Notes: a model not told the origin generated them from the letters alone. A DNA stretch of 64,000 bases from Archaeoglobaceae archaeon (GCA_026988525.1 JALSLC010000006.1:123-64122), one strand, 5' to 3'. Counted from the first letter of the stretch, positions 41,852 through 52,272 are shown. Translations and numbers: made by a program.

Positions 41852-43642
41852 ATGCTTAGTAAGGTCTACTTAAAAACAAGGGTGCTAACACTCACAGTTA
41901 TTTCCGTCTTGGTAGGCCTTGCAACAGGCATAATGGCATTTTTTCTTGCAGCATCAATAGAACTTTGCAGTAAATTTTTTCTATCTGGATTAGACAGCTA
42001 CACATCACCTCATTCGTTTGGAGAAGTAGAAATATTTCACTTCCATTTCCATCTCGGTATTTTACCGCTCTATATAATCCCAGCGATAGGCGGTTTACTC
42101 TGTGGGATTGTTGGCTACTTCTTAGCTCCAGAAACTCTTGGTGGTGGATCTGGACAAGCTGTAAAAGCATTTCATCACCTTAAAGAAAGAATTGCAGCAA
42201 AAGTTCCATTTTTAAAAGTTGTAGTAACTGGACTTACAATAGGTAGTGGTGGAAGTGGTGGAAGAGAAGGTCCAATAATGCAGATTGGTGCTGGAATGGG
42301 TTCAATCATAGGAGGAAGGCTAAAAATAAGCGAAAAAGACAAAAAAATTCTGATAGCGAGCGGAATTGGTGCGGGGATGAGTGCTGTTTTTATGGCACCA
42401 TTGGGTGGTGCTATATTCGGAATAGAAGTACTCTATAAAAAAGATTATGAAGTAGAGGCAATAATACCATCAGTCATAGCTTCAATAGTCTCATTTGCCG
42501 TTTTCACATCAATTTTAGATTACTTTGCAAATATGCCCTTTGGTGAGCTAAGGATATTTTCCACTCCCCCTGTATATATCAAATCTCCGTTAGAACTAAT
42601 AATCTATTTAATACTTGGAATTGCATGTGGTTTGCTTAGTTTATTCTACATATTTACTTACAAATCAGTTAAGAAGTTTTTCAAACGCTTACCAGTCCAT
42701 ACAGCAGTAAAACCAGCAATAGGCGGATTGATTGTAGGATTAATAGGATGGAAGTTCCCGTATATACTTGGGACTGGGTATGGTTATGCTGAAAAAGCAA
42801 TTCATGGAGCATATCCCATTGCTGCTTTATTAATTGCCATAGCTATAGTAAAAATATTCTCAACGACAATAACAGTTGGCAGTGGTGGTAGTGGTGGACT
42901 CTTTGCCCCGGCAGTTGTAATAGGATGTATGTTTGGAGGAGGAATAGGGTACATTGTTCACAATTTATTCCCTAATCTTACAAGCAGTCCAGTGGGATAC
43001 ATGCTCGTAGGAATGGCTGCTATGCTTGCTGGAGCTTTTAAAACACCTTTAGCAGGTATAATCATGGTATTAGAAATGACTGGTAGTTACAATTTGCTAC
43101 CAGCCTTAGCAGTAGCCTCTATAATCTCCTACGCAATAACTGGGAACTATACGCTGTGTGATGCTCAATATGATACAAGAGTCGAGAGTCCAGTGCACAG
43201 TAGAGAAATGTCCATAGATATTCTAAGGAGAATAAAAGTGAAGGATGCTATGATTCCAAAAGACCAGCTTATAATAGTGAGTCCAGAAACAACAATAACA
43301 GAAATCCTAAGATTAATTGAAAAATACGGGCACATAGGATTCCCAGTAATAGAGAAAGGAGAGCTCGTAGGTATTGTTACATTTGAAGATGCCGAAAGAG
43401 TGCCACAGGAGTTGAGAAGTATTACAAAAGTTAGAGATGTTATGTCCAAACACCTTATAGTAACTTATCCTGACGAAAGTTTAAGTGAAGCTCTAATAAA
43501 ATTAGCAACTTACGGTGTGGGTAGATTGCCAGTAGTCAAAAAAGATAATCCAAAAGTTTTACTTGGAATGATAAACAGACCCGCAATAATAAGGGCTTAC
43601 GCCAGATATACAATGAGCTTGGAAGAAAAACCTGAACTTTAA
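41852..43642 (+). CDS. ClC-family chloride channel/antiporter with C-terminal CBS pair
   Basis: 'GSGGREGP', 'GGLFAPA', and two CBS repeats at the C-terminus. 596 aa. Confidence 0.9.
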   Translation: MLSKVYLKTRVLTLTVISVLVGLATGIMAFFLAASIELCSKFFLSGLDSYTSPHSFGEVEIFHFHFHLGILPLYIIPAIGGLLCGIVGYFLAPETLGGGSGQAVKAFHHLKERIAAKVPFLKVVVTGLTIGSGGSGGREGPIMQIGAGMGSIIGGRLKISEKDKKILIASGIGAGMSAVFMAPLGGAIFGIEVLYKKDYEVEAIIPSVIASIVSFAVFTSILDYFANMPFGELRIFSTPPVYIKSPLELIIYLILGIACGLLSLFYIFTYKSVKKFFKRLPVHTAVKPAIGGLIVGLIGWKFPYILGTGYGYAEKAIHGAYPIAALLIAIAIVKIFSTTITVGSGGSGGLFAPAVVIGCMFGGGIGYIVHNLFPNLTSSPVGYMLVGMAAMLAGAFKTPLAGIIMVLEMTGSYNLLPALAVASIISYAITGNYTLCDAQYDTRVESPVHSREMSIDILRRIKVKDAMIPKDQLIIVSPETTITEILRLIEKYGHIGFPVIEKGELVGIVTFEDAERVPQELRSITKVRDVMSKHLIVTYPDESLSEALIKLATYGVGRLPVVKKDNPKVLLGMINRPAIIRAYARYTMSLEEKPEL

Positions 43643-43948
43643 TAACAGCTTAGTTTAATATAAATTAAAAATTGATATATTAATTTAATTTTTTATAAAT
43701 TAGTAAAATCAATTATTATTATTGAAGTTTATTGTTCAACTACAACCATACTACTGTGATACACATTATACAACAACAATTATAAACTCTAAATTTAAAT
43801 TTTAAAAATATATGATAGGAAACGTTGTGTTCTGCGAAAAAAGAAAAATGATGAAAGTTGTAGATTCTAAATGCTGGAATTGTAAATACAACGTAATTAA
43901 TGGAGGATTTTGTTATCCTTGGATTAAGACGAGAGCAAAAGCTGAAAT

Positions 43949-46336
43949 TTAAAAAAATGCATCCAACGTTTTCTGACCTTTATCTTTAAGTTCACTCTCT
44001 GAAAAACCAAAACGTTCAAGAATTCTCATAACTACTGGAACAACTTGTTTATCTATGTAATATTCTTTATCAAGCTTGTAAACGTTACCGTCTTTGTCCA
44101 CTATTTTTTCTCCATCAAAAGATTCTATTAGATCTACTGGAAAAGCTCTATCACTAACATTTCCCGCGCCTTTTATAACAATATAACCCACTTTGGAACC
44201 TACTGTATAAACTATGCCTTTTTTCGCAGCTTTCATTGCAGCTTTTACATGAGCTTGCATACTTTCATACTTACTGGGTTTTTTCGTCAAACTTTTGTAT
44301 ATAACATAATATTCTAAAGGATACTTTCCTGATTTTATTTCAGATATAGTTTTTCTTACAAATTCAACAGCTTTATCTGGTTTTCTTTCTTTCAATATTA
44401 TTTCTATAACTTTTTTTTGCACTTCTTTGGCTAATTCACACCAATCACCTCTTCTCACTTCAAGACCTTTAACAATTATCCTACCATCAGCAGTTAATCC
44501 AGCGTATCTCTTTTTTTCTACAAAAAATATTACTTTGTAGTATTCATCAATTTCAATTTGAATTGGCATACTCTTTCTTAAAATACCTGTTAGTTTCTTT
44601 ACAGCTATTTCTAAGTCTTTTAGGTCTAATTCATCTTTTTTTACGAATATACTGTCTGTATCTCCATATAGCACTTCAAATCCTTCATTTTTAGCTATAC
44701 TAACAGATGTTTTTATAAAATGCCTCCCCCACGCAGTTGTAGCCTCAGCACACTCTCTGCAATACCATCTCGCCAAACTCCACCCTGTATAACCGTAAAA
44801 GGAGTTTGTTAAAACTTTAAGTGTTGCCTGCTTTATATCCAACAGTTTATATTCTCTACTGTTCCTATCAAGTTTTTTCATTATCTTTTTTACTTTCTTT
44901 CTTTTTTCAATCAACATTTTAAGAATTCTGCGAAAGAATCCATCTGGCTTTTTCTTAAATGCATGTTTAACTTCAGGGGCTATAAAGCATTCTTCTTCAC
45001 TGCAATTTTTTGTTAGAGTGTCCGGACTTATGTTAAAAGCAACCATTATAGATGGATACATTGATGCAAAATCCAAACATATCACGTTTTCGTGCAAACC
45101 TCTTACGGGATTAAGAACAAATGCTCCTTCATAGCTTTCTTCAACCTCCTTTGGATTTGGAGCAATCTCCCCATATCTGAATGCCTCACTCATTAAAAGC
45201 CATTCTACCTGTTTACCTCTGCCAATTCTTGCAACATCGTCTGGGGGAATTCTGATCATCTTACTCAACTCATACTGCATTGGTAATAGCTCCTCAGCTA
45301 TATAGTATGTGTTCAAAACATCCTGTCTTGCATATTTGAGAACTGATTCTTTATCACCTGATATCCATTTTTTATATATATCTTTAGCCTCTATATCTGC
45401 TATTTCTACTTTTGTTCCAAGATATTCTGCAACACTTTCAAGTTTTTTTATCTTAACATCAATGCTTCTTAGAGCTATATCGTACAAATCAATGTTTAAT
45501 CTTCCAGCAATTTTAGGTCTTCTTGGATTTCCCGGTCTAAAAGTGAGATTTGATAAATCTCTACCAATTTCTAATTTTAAGTTATATTTTTCTGCTCTTT
45601 TTTTAATATATGGCCAGTCAAATGCGTCTTGATTGTAGCCTACTATCACGTCTGGATCCAACTCTCTTATCAAGTGTAGAAACCTTGCTATAACGTTCTT
45701 CTCGTTCATTCCATTTAAATGAATTATTTCCTCAAAATCACCACATTTAACAGAAATAACAATAATTGGATCCTTCTCTGGATCGGGCATTCCAATTTGA
45801 GTTAGCATTTCACAATCAAATGCTAAAACTTTGAGATTTGGGAAATCATCTATTTCTACTCTTTCAACTTTTTTAGCTTTAAATTCAGGTATTCTGCCTT
45901 TAACAATTGTCTTACATCCTTCAACACTAATACCATCCATACAAGCCAAATTTTTATCGATTAGATATCTGTAAGCAAAGGGAATGTCAGCTTCTCTAAC
46001 TTCCAGTCCAATTGAAGATAAAGCTTCTCTTAATTTTGGTACATGTTGGGGATGCTTAGCATATATTTTAAATAGTTCCACATCTTTCCCAAGATACTTT
46101 GCTTTAACGATTTCTACACTTTCTGGAGAGATTACTTCACCTTTTTTTTCAACTTTTAGTTCTAAAATATCTTTTTCATTAATTCCCTCTTCAACGAAAG
46201 CATAGAAGTATGGTCTAAAGGAGTTATCATAAACAACAAAAATACCATCCTCATTTTTACACCACAATCTAATTACTGCTCTATCATTTTTGGTTATATA
46301 ATCAACATCAATTAGCCATCCATCAATCTTCATCAC
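43949..46336 (-). CDS. polB: family-B DNA polymerase
   Basis: Exo I 'FDCEM', Pol motifs 'LDFASMYPSI', 'KVLTNSFYGY', 'YGDTDS'. 795 aa, uninterrupted (no intein). Confidence 0.95.
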   Translation of the reverse strand: MMKIDGWLIDVDYITKNDRAVIRLWCKNEDGIFVVYDNSFRPYFYAFVEEGINEKDILELKVEKKGEVISPESVEIVKAKYLGKDVELFKIYAKHPQHVPKLREALSSIGLEVREADIPFAYRYLIDKNLACMDGISVEGCKTIVKGRIPEFKAKKVERVEIDDFPNLKVLAFDCEMLTQIGMPDPEKDPIIVISVKCGDFEEIIHLNGMNEKNVIARFLHLIRELDPDVIVGYNQDAFDWPYIKKRAEKYNLKLEIGRDLSNLTFRPGNPRRPKIAGRLNIDLYDIALRSIDVKIKKLESVAEYLGTKVEIADIEAKDIYKKWISGDKESVLKYARQDVLNTYYIAEELLPMQYELSKMIRIPPDDVARIGRGKQVEWLLMSEAFRYGEIAPNPKEVEESYEGAFVLNPVRGLHENVICLDFASMYPSIMVAFNISPDTLTKNCSEEECFIAPEVKHAFKKKPDGFFRRILKMLIEKRKKVKKIMKKLDRNSREYKLLDIKQATLKVLTNSFYGYTGWSLARWYCRECAEATTAWGRHFIKTSVSIAKNEGFEVLYGDTDSIFVKKDELDLKDLEIAVKKLTGILRKSMPIQIEIDEYYKVIFFVEKKRYAGLTADGRIIVKGLEVRRGDWCELAKEVQKKVIEIILKERKPDKAVEFVRKTISEIKSGKYPLEYYVIYKSLTKKPSKYESMQAHVKAAMKAAKKGIVYTVGSKVGYIVIKGAGNVSDRAFPVDLIESFDGEKIVDKDGNVYKLDKEYYIDKQVVPVVMRILERFGFSESELKDKGQKTLDAFF

Positions 46337-46391
46337 TTCAAATGTTATACTTATATTCTTATTTATTTTGTTTTGTAGTTTTTAGTTTTGT

Positions 46392-47180
46392 TTATTTTTT
46401 GCTTGATTTATCTGAATAGATTGAATTAAGAACAACAGGAGTTGAATTACTTTTAATGTAATTAAACAAATCCATACCCCATCTTACACCCTCAGCTGTT
46501 TCACATATAAAATCTCTTTTATAATCAAACAAATTATTCTTGAAATAAAAAGATATTGAAAAATAGGAATCTGTTACAACAATACAAAACTTAAAATCTT
46601 TTTTGGAAACAAACAATTTAACATTTTTATAACTTATTCCCTCAATTAATTCCTTATAATAATAATCCGTTATATATCTAAAAATTCTTTTATTAACACA
46701 TAGTTCAATTTTTACACCTCTTCTTGCAAGCTCCAAAAACGTTTTTACATACTCAGGGAAAAAAATTGTAGAGTAACCGTAAATTTCATTTGCATTTAAA
46801 ATTGCATCCACAAATTCTTTATGTGGTTTAAAAGTATCTATCTTTCTTTCTGCTAACTTTATCTCACTTAACTCATAAAATCTTTTAACAAATTTCTCCG
46901 GAATATCTGAAATATTGTATTCGTTAATATACTCATCCACAACCGAAATAAATCGAAGATATCTACCAATAACATCTTCACACCTCAATACAATATCTCC
47001 CTTTGTTGTTACTTTTAGATCTTCAGAAATCAAGCCCATACTCACAAGTTTTGATAAAAATTGAACCAATAGGGAGTTTGATAAATTCAGTTTCTCTTTT
47101 ATTTCTCTCCTACTCATCCCTTTTTTTAACTCTTTTAGAACTTCAATCATCTTGCTGGAGTTTATAATTTTCAACAGCAA
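46392..47180 (-). CDS. winged-helix transcriptional regulator with DUF1724-like C-terminal domain
   Basis: N-terminal wHTH 'MSRREIKEKLNLSNSLLVQFLSKLVSMGLI'. The C-terminal domain architecture resembles methanogen FilR1-type regulators (from memory). Confidence 0.5.
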   Translation of the reverse strand: MLLKIINSSKMIEVLKELKKGMSRREIKEKLNLSNSLLVQFLSKLVSMGLISEDLKVTTKGDIVLRCEDVIGRYLRFISVVDEYINEYNISDIPEKFVKRFYELSEIKLAERKIDTFKPHKEFVDAILNANEIYGYSTIFFPEYVKTFLELARRGVKIELCVNKRIFRYITDYYYKELIEGISYKNVKLFVSKKDFKFCIVVTDSYFSISFYFKNNLFDYKRDFICETAEGVRWGMDLFNYIKSNSTPVVLNSIYSDKSSKK

Positions 47181-47184
47181 AAAA

Positions 47185-48024
47185 TCACCCCAGTTCTTTC
47201 AAAACTCCGTCAAAAACTCTCGTCGCTTTTCCAGTCATATAAGCTTTAAATTTTTCTTTAAATTCTATCTCTAATTCACCACCTCTGGTTATAACTTTAA
47301 CTTTACTTCCACAAATTCCAAGTTTGTAAAGTACAGCAGCTACAGCTACACTTCCAGTTCCACAACTGAGAGTTTCGTCCTCTACACCCCTCTCGTAAGT
47401 TCTCACTCTAATTACTCCAGAATCGTAACATGCAAAATTTACATTAGTACCTTCAGGAAAGATTTCGTTATATCTAATTTTTTTTGCTATATTAATTTTT
47501 ATATTGTCTAATTCGTTGCAATCAACCAACACTACTGCATGAGGTACTCCAGTATTAACAGCATAGACTTTAAAACCTTCAATTTCTGAAAACCACACAC
47601 CCTTTTCTTTTTTAGATTCTTTCGCGGGTATTTTATTTGAATCAAATTCAACAAATCCCATATCTACTCTTACTCTAAAATGTCTTCCCGGAAAAACTAC
47701 AAGCTCTTTTATTCCTGCAAGAGTTTCAGCTTTAAATACTTTATCTACATACCCTCTCTCATAAGAAAACCTAGCAAAGCACCTTATACCATTACCGCAC
47801 ATTTCAGCTTCACTGCCATCACTGTTAAAGTACCTAAATTTTAGGTCAGCTTTTTCAGATTTTTGAACAAAAATCGCCCCATCTCCCCCCACTCCAAATC
47901 TTCTATCACATACTTTTTTGACAAATTCTGGTTTTTCTTCTTCTGAAACAATAACTTTTTCAAATTCATCAAATACAACAAAATCGTTTCCATTTCCATG
48001 CATTTTTGAAAATTCAATTTCCAT
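47185..48024 (-). CDS. dapF: diaminopimelate epimerase
   Basis: 'MHGNGNDFVV', catalytic Cys motifs 'EMCGNGIRC' and 'LSCGTGSVA'. Confidence 0.9.
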   Translation of the reverse strand: MEIEFSKMHGNGNDFVVFDEFEKVIVSEEEKPEFVKKVCDRRFGVGGDGAIFVQKSEKADLKFRYFNSDGSEAEMCGNGIRCFARFSYERGYVDKVFKAETLAGIKELVVFPGRHFRVRVDMGFVEFDSNKIPAKESKKEKGVWFSEIEGFKVYAVNTGVPHAVVLVDCNELDNIKINIAKKIRYNEIFPEGTNVNFACYDSGVIRVRTYERGVEDETLSCGTGSVAVAAVLYKLGICGSKVKVITRGGELEIEFKEKFKAYMTGKATRVFDGVLKELG

Positions 48025-48652
48025 ACAATCCCTCCATCTCTTTAATAACTTCTTTTATATTTTTTAAAGCATCACCCTTTATAATTCTCCTGCCAACTAT
48101 AACGTAATCTGCCCCAGCTTTCAAAGCCTCTAAAGCCTTCCCCCCTTGAGCTCCAACTCCCGGAGAAATAATCTTTAAATTTCCCACTATTTTTCTTAAA
48201 GTCTTTATACGCTCAACTCTTGTAGCTGGAGCAACTATTCCACTACATCCTGTTTTAACGGCTAATTCTGCAAGTTTTTCTGATATCGGCATCATAAATT
48301 CTTTACCACCCTCGCTACTCAGTTCACACACAGCATAAACTTCTCCATCGTAATTCTTAGATAATCTAACAACAGAACTCAATGTATCAGAGCCAACAAA
48401 AGCATGAACTATTACTGCATTAGCCCCAGCGTTAAATGCGCATTCCGCAATTTGAGAGCTTATGTGAGGTACATCTGCTATTTTAAAATCCGCTATTACC
48501 TTAGATATATCTGACAATTCTTCTATAATGCTTAAGCCTTTTTTCAATACAAGCGGATAATTAACTTTAAAAGCGTAAACGTAGTCAGCTATCTTTTTCG
48601 CTATTTCCAAAGCATTTTCACAATCTAAAGCTACAATTAGCCTGCTCATCAA
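48014..48652 (-). CDS. pyrF: orotidine 5'-phosphate decarboxylase
   Basis: 'LIVALD', 'DFKIADVPH', 'ISPGVGAQGG'. 212 aa. Confidence 0.85.
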   Translation of the reverse strand: MMSRLIVALDCENALEIAKKIADYVYAFKVNYPLVLKKGLSIIEELSDISKVIADFKIADVPHISSQIAECAFNAGANAVIVHAFVGSDTLSSVVRLSKNYDGEVYAVCELSSEGGKEFMMPISEKLAELAVKTGCSGIVAPATRVERIKTLRKIVGNLKIISPGVGAQGGKALEALKAGADYVIVGRRIIKGDALKNIKEVIKEMEGLYGN

Positions 48653-48670
48653 ATAACTAAACTATGCAGT

Positions 48671-49564
48671 TTAAAAAAACTTTACGTAGTTTAATACTTC
48701 CTTAGGGTCTCTTTTAATATTGTAAGTTCTTTCAAAGTAATTCAGTATGTTTTTAACATCTCTTTCAAGCAATTCATTTGCAAGATTTTTTAGCTCTTTA
48801 AATGACAGAGAAGATAACTCCTCGCTTTCCTCCTCTAAAACTATAGCCTGAGGGAAATCAATTATCCATAGCCCTTCACTGCTTACAAGTATGTTATACT
48901 GGCTTAAATCTCCATGAACGACCTTTCTCTCACACATAATTCTCACTTCTTCTATTATCATGTCCAAAACTTCTTCCGGATTAGTTAGCCTAACCTTAAA
49001 TAATTCCTTTCCATCTATCAACTCCATCACAACAGCATTACCTTCCCACCCGTATGGCTTAGGCACACTAACAAAACCCACAAGCTTTTTTAAAACTCTG
49101 AATTCATTCCTTGCAGACCTAACAGTTAAAACAGTAAAGTGAAGAGACCCGTAATCTCTTTTTTCTTTCACTTTCTTAAAACTTGGATATCCAACTCTAT
49201 GAAATTTTATAATTACTTCACCATACTTATCAGATATCGCATTGTAAACCATACTTTCTTTTCCTTCGCCCATTTTATTACCAATCATCGAAATAACTCC
49301 CTTAGAAACTAATCTTTTTAGAGAAAATAGAGAAAGTCCAAAAAAAGTGAATGCTGCTCCAAAATAACTTAATTGTTTTGTAGTTAAAACACCTTCACCA
49401 GCCAACTTTCTAAGTATGCTTTCCACTTTTTCTTGAGGTAATCCAGACCTTTTAGCTATAAGCTCAGAAGGTACAAATTCGTACTCCCACATATAGTGGA
49501 AAATAGAAGAGAGAACCTTCCATCCATTTTTGCTAATTTTTTTATACATTTCAATTAATTCCAT
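48671..49564 (-). CDS. RIO-type serine protein kinase (Rio2-like, N-terminal wHTH)
   Basis: 'GEGKESMVY', 'VHGDLSQYNILV', 'IIDFPQ'. The N-terminal winged helix is characteristic of Rio2. Confidence 0.85.
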   Translation of the reverse strand: MELIEMYKKISKNGWKVLSSIFHYMWEYEFVPSELIAKRSGLPQEKVESILRKLAGEGVLTTKQLSYFGAAFTFFGLSLFSLKRLVSKGVISMIGNKMGEGKESMVYNAISDKYGEVIIKFHRVGYPSFKKVKEKRDYGSLHFTVLTVRSARNEFRVLKKLVGFVSVPKPYGWEGNAVVMELIDGKELFKVRLTNPEEVLDMIIEEVRIMCERKVVHGDLSQYNILVSSEGLWIIDFPQAIVLEEESEELSSLSFKELKNLANELLERDVKNILNYFERTYNIKRDPKEVLNYVKFF

Positions 49565-49578
49565 TTTATCACTTTTTT

Positions 49579-50733
49579 CTAATCATTGAGGCACAACATA
49601 TGTCCCATTTTTTCTTTTTTTGTTCTTAGATAGCTTATGTTTTCATTCGAAGGTTCAACTTCTATAGCTTCTCTCACAACTTCAAATCCGTATTTTTTTA
49701 ATTCCTCTATTTTAAGGGGGTTGTTTGTCATTAATCTTATAGATTTTACTCCAAGATCCAGCAGTATTTGTGCAGCAATTCCATAGCTTCTAAGATCAGG
49801 GGGGAAACCCAGCTCTATATTAGCTTCTACAGTATCTTTTCCTTCTTCCTGTAGTTTGTAAGCCATTAGTTTGTTTATAAGGCCTATTCCTCTTCCTTCA
49901 TGACCTCTCATATATATAAATACACCTTTTCCCTTCTTGTCTATGGTTTTTAAAGCTTTTTCAAGCTGTTCTCCACAATCACACCTAAGAGAGTGGAAAA
50001 CATCTCCTGTCAAACATTCAGAATGAATTCTAACGAAAACTTCTCCCTCATTTACATTTCCTTTAACTAATGCGATTATTTCGCCAAGAGGTGTTTCATA
50101 ACCAACAGCTTTAAACGTTCCGTAGAATTTTGTTGGCAAAGTTGCCTCTACCACTCTTTTTACAAGTTTTTCCTTTTTTAGCCTATATTCTATAAGTTCA
50201 TTTATACTAAATATTGGAAAGTTTCTCATTCTTCCAAAATCTCTTGCATAACGTTCCCCCGCCATTTCACCCTCATTAGTAGTAAGTATGGAGTAAACTG
50301 CAAAAGGTTTAAAACCGAGCATTTTTGTTATATCAACGCAAGCTTCACCGATACATGGTCTTTCTAAAACTCCTCCTTCTTTTACTTCATCTATAAATAT
50401 TCTACCAGGAAACACAATTTCATCGTGTTTGATCTCTCCTTTGACAAGACGTTTTATGAATTCAGCTTTGCTTGATGCTGAAGTACCGTTATCTTTTAAG
50501 TCTATGGAGATAGTCTGACCGCCACATATAAAGAATCTGTTTATTCCCAATTCAACAATTTTTTTCCATGGCATAGCAATTCTTATTTCATCGCAGTTTT
50601 TCATCATCAGGTTTATATGTTCCTTAGTAATTTTTTCTGCCGGAACACACAAAACTACTTTTTTTTCATCTACAACAATAAATGGTTTAACATCCTTCAT
50701 AAGCGAATTTATTTTGTTCTCAGTTTGAACCAT
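49579..50733 (-). CDS. GTP cyclohydrolase II with an N-terminal degenerate DHBP-synthase-like domain (RibBA-like)
   Basis: C-terminal 'VRIHSECLTGDVFHSLRCDCGEQL' and 'GHEGRGIGL'. The N-terminal half has the RibB fold length but lacks the acidic DRENEGD-type motif. Confidence 0.75.
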   Translation of the reverse strand: MVQTENKINSLMKDVKPFIVVDEKKVVLCVPAEKITKEHINLMMKNCDEIRIAMPWKKIVELGINRFFICGGQTISIDLKDNGTSASSKAEFIKRLVKGEIKHDEIVFPGRIFIDEVKEGGVLERPCIGEACVDITKMLGFKPFAVYSILTTNEGEMAGERYARDFGRMRNFPIFSINELIEYRLKKEKLVKRVVEATLPTKFYGTFKAVGYETPLGEIIALVKGNVNEGEVFVRIHSECLTGDVFHSLRCDCGEQLEKALKTIDKKGKGVFIYMRGHEGRGIGLINKLMAYKLQEEGKDTVEANIELGFPPDLRSYGIAAQILLDLGVKSIRLMTNNPLKIEELKKYGFEVVREAIEVEPSNENISYLRTKKEKMGHMLCLND

Positions 50734-50875
50734 AGATTAGCTAAGGTAGTTTGGTATTTTAAGCTTTTACCATTTTTGAGCAGTATATCATAAATGTTGC
50801 TCTAAGAGATTAGTTCAATTCTTGCTTATTTATGATTGTGTACTTACAAAAACTTACCAATATTTTTATTCTCAA

Positions 50876-50897
50876 TTTCCAGTGGAAATAAAGGGGT
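50876..50897. promoter_or_regulatory. origin recognition box (ORB) upstream of orc1/cdc6
   Basis: 'TTTCCAGTGGAAATAAAGGGGT' has the TCCA-N-TGGA dyad, an AAA tract and a G-string, as in archaeal ORB elements. It lies in a 291-nt AT-rich spacer 128 nt upstream of cdc6. Confidence 0.6.
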
Positions 50898-51024
50898 ATT
50901 ATAAGTTATTTCAATATCATTATAGATTAAAATTTAACTAAACGAATTTTATCGAGTTAAATAAATATTTTATCAACATGGTAAAGCTCATAAAGTAATA
51001 TGCATTCCCTACTACGGTGATAGT

Positions 51025-52260
51025 ATGGCAAATATTTTCGAGTCACTAATGTCATCCCCAAAGATATTTAAGAATAGAGACGCTTTAAGACATTCATACA
51101 CACCTGAAACGCTACCACATAGATTAGAACAAATAGAAGAACTTGCTACGATCCTTGTTCCAGCATTAAAAGGTGAAACACCCTCCAACATATTCATCTA
51201 TGGGAAAACCGGGACTGGTAAAACTGCTACAGTAAAGTACGTTGGCAGACAACTTGAAGAGATGAGTAAAAAGTTATCAGTTCATTGTTATGTGCATTAC
51301 TTAAACTGCGAGAGAATTGACACTCAGTACAGAGTTTTAGCAACTCTCGCTAAGGCACTCGGAAGAAACGTGCCAATGACGGGTTGGCCTACAGACCAAG
51401 TTTACGATGAAGTAAGAAGAGCAATAGATTCTAAGGATCAAACAATAATAATAGTTTTAGATGAAATAGACAAACTCGTTAGAAAGGGTGATGACGTCCT
51501 CTACAATCTTTCAAGAATAAATAGCGAATTGGAGAAAGCAAGAGTTAGCATAATTGGTATATCAAACGATCTTAAGTTTAAGAACTTTCTTGATCCAAGA
51601 GTTTTAAGCTCCCTTAGTGAAGAAGAAATGATATTTCCACCCTACAATGCGGAGCAACTAAAAGATATTTTAGCTCAAAGAGCTGAACTTGCTTTCTACG
51701 ATGGAGTTTTAGAGGATGATGTAATTCCATACTGTGCAGCTTTAGCAGCCCAAGAGCATGGAGATGCTAGAAAAGCTCTCGACTTACTAAGAGTTAGTGG
51801 AGAAATAGCCGAAAAAGAGGGGGCTGACAAGATCACAAGAGAACATGTAAAAATGGCCGTAAGAAAGATAGAAACAGATTACGTAGTTGAGGCTGTAAGA
51901 ATGTTGCCTACTCAAAGCAAAGTTATAGTTTATAGCATGATAATTTTAACTGAATCTGGACTAAGAAAGTTTACAACTGGTGAAGTTTATGCTGTATATA
52001 AAAACCTATGTAAGAAGGTAAGTATAGATTGTTTAACTCAAAGAAGAGTTAGTGACTTAATTTCAGAATTAGATATGTTAGGCATAATAAATTCAATAAT
52101 AATATCAAAAGGTAGGTATGGTAGAACAAGAGAAATAAAATTGGATGTACCAATTGAGCCGGTAAAGAAGGTTCTATTGGAGGATTATAGATTAAGCACA
52201 CTTTCAGGAATTGAAAAAAGTTTGAAAGGTATGTCTTCACTTGAAATTTTTGAAAAGTAA
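51025..52260 (+). CDS. cdc6: Orc1/Cdc6 replication initiator
   Basis: 'LPHRLEQIEEL', Walker A 'GKTGTGKTA', Walker B 'VLDEID', C-terminal winged helix. 411 aa. Confidence 0.95.
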   Translation: MANIFESLMSSPKIFKNRDALRHSYTPETLPHRLEQIEELATILVPALKGETPSNIFIYGKTGTGKTATVKYVGRQLEEMSKKLSVHCYVHYLNCERIDTQYRVLATLAKALGRNVPMTGWPTDQVYDEVRRAIDSKDQTIIIVLDEIDKLVRKGDDVLYNLSRINSELEKARVSIIGISNDLKFKNFLDPRVLSSLSEEEMIFPPYNAEQLKDILAQRAELAFYDGVLEDDVIPYCAALAAQEHGDARKALDLLRVSGEIAEKEGADKITREHVKMAVRKIETDYVVEAVRMLPTQSKVIVYSMIILTESGLRKFTTGEVYAVYKNLCKKVSIDCLTQRRVSDLISELDMLGIINSIIISKGRYGRTREIKLDVPIEPVKKVLLEDYRLSTLSGIEKSLKGMSSLEIFEK

Positions 52261-52272
52261 ATTGGTGAAATC

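Noticed and set aside
43847-43945. ATGATGA ... CTGA pair considered as a second C/D-box sRNA
   Set aside because: The boxes are ~90 nt apart with no internal D'/C' pair and no 12-nt guide geometry. More likely chance, or part of the small ORF.
43949-46336. Inteins in polB (also checked cdc48, lonB, rad50, cdc6)
   Set aside because: Conserved polymerase motifs are contiguous and protein lengths are canonical. No Cys/Ser-...-HN splice junction blocks or homing-endonuclease (LAGLIDADG) segments seen.
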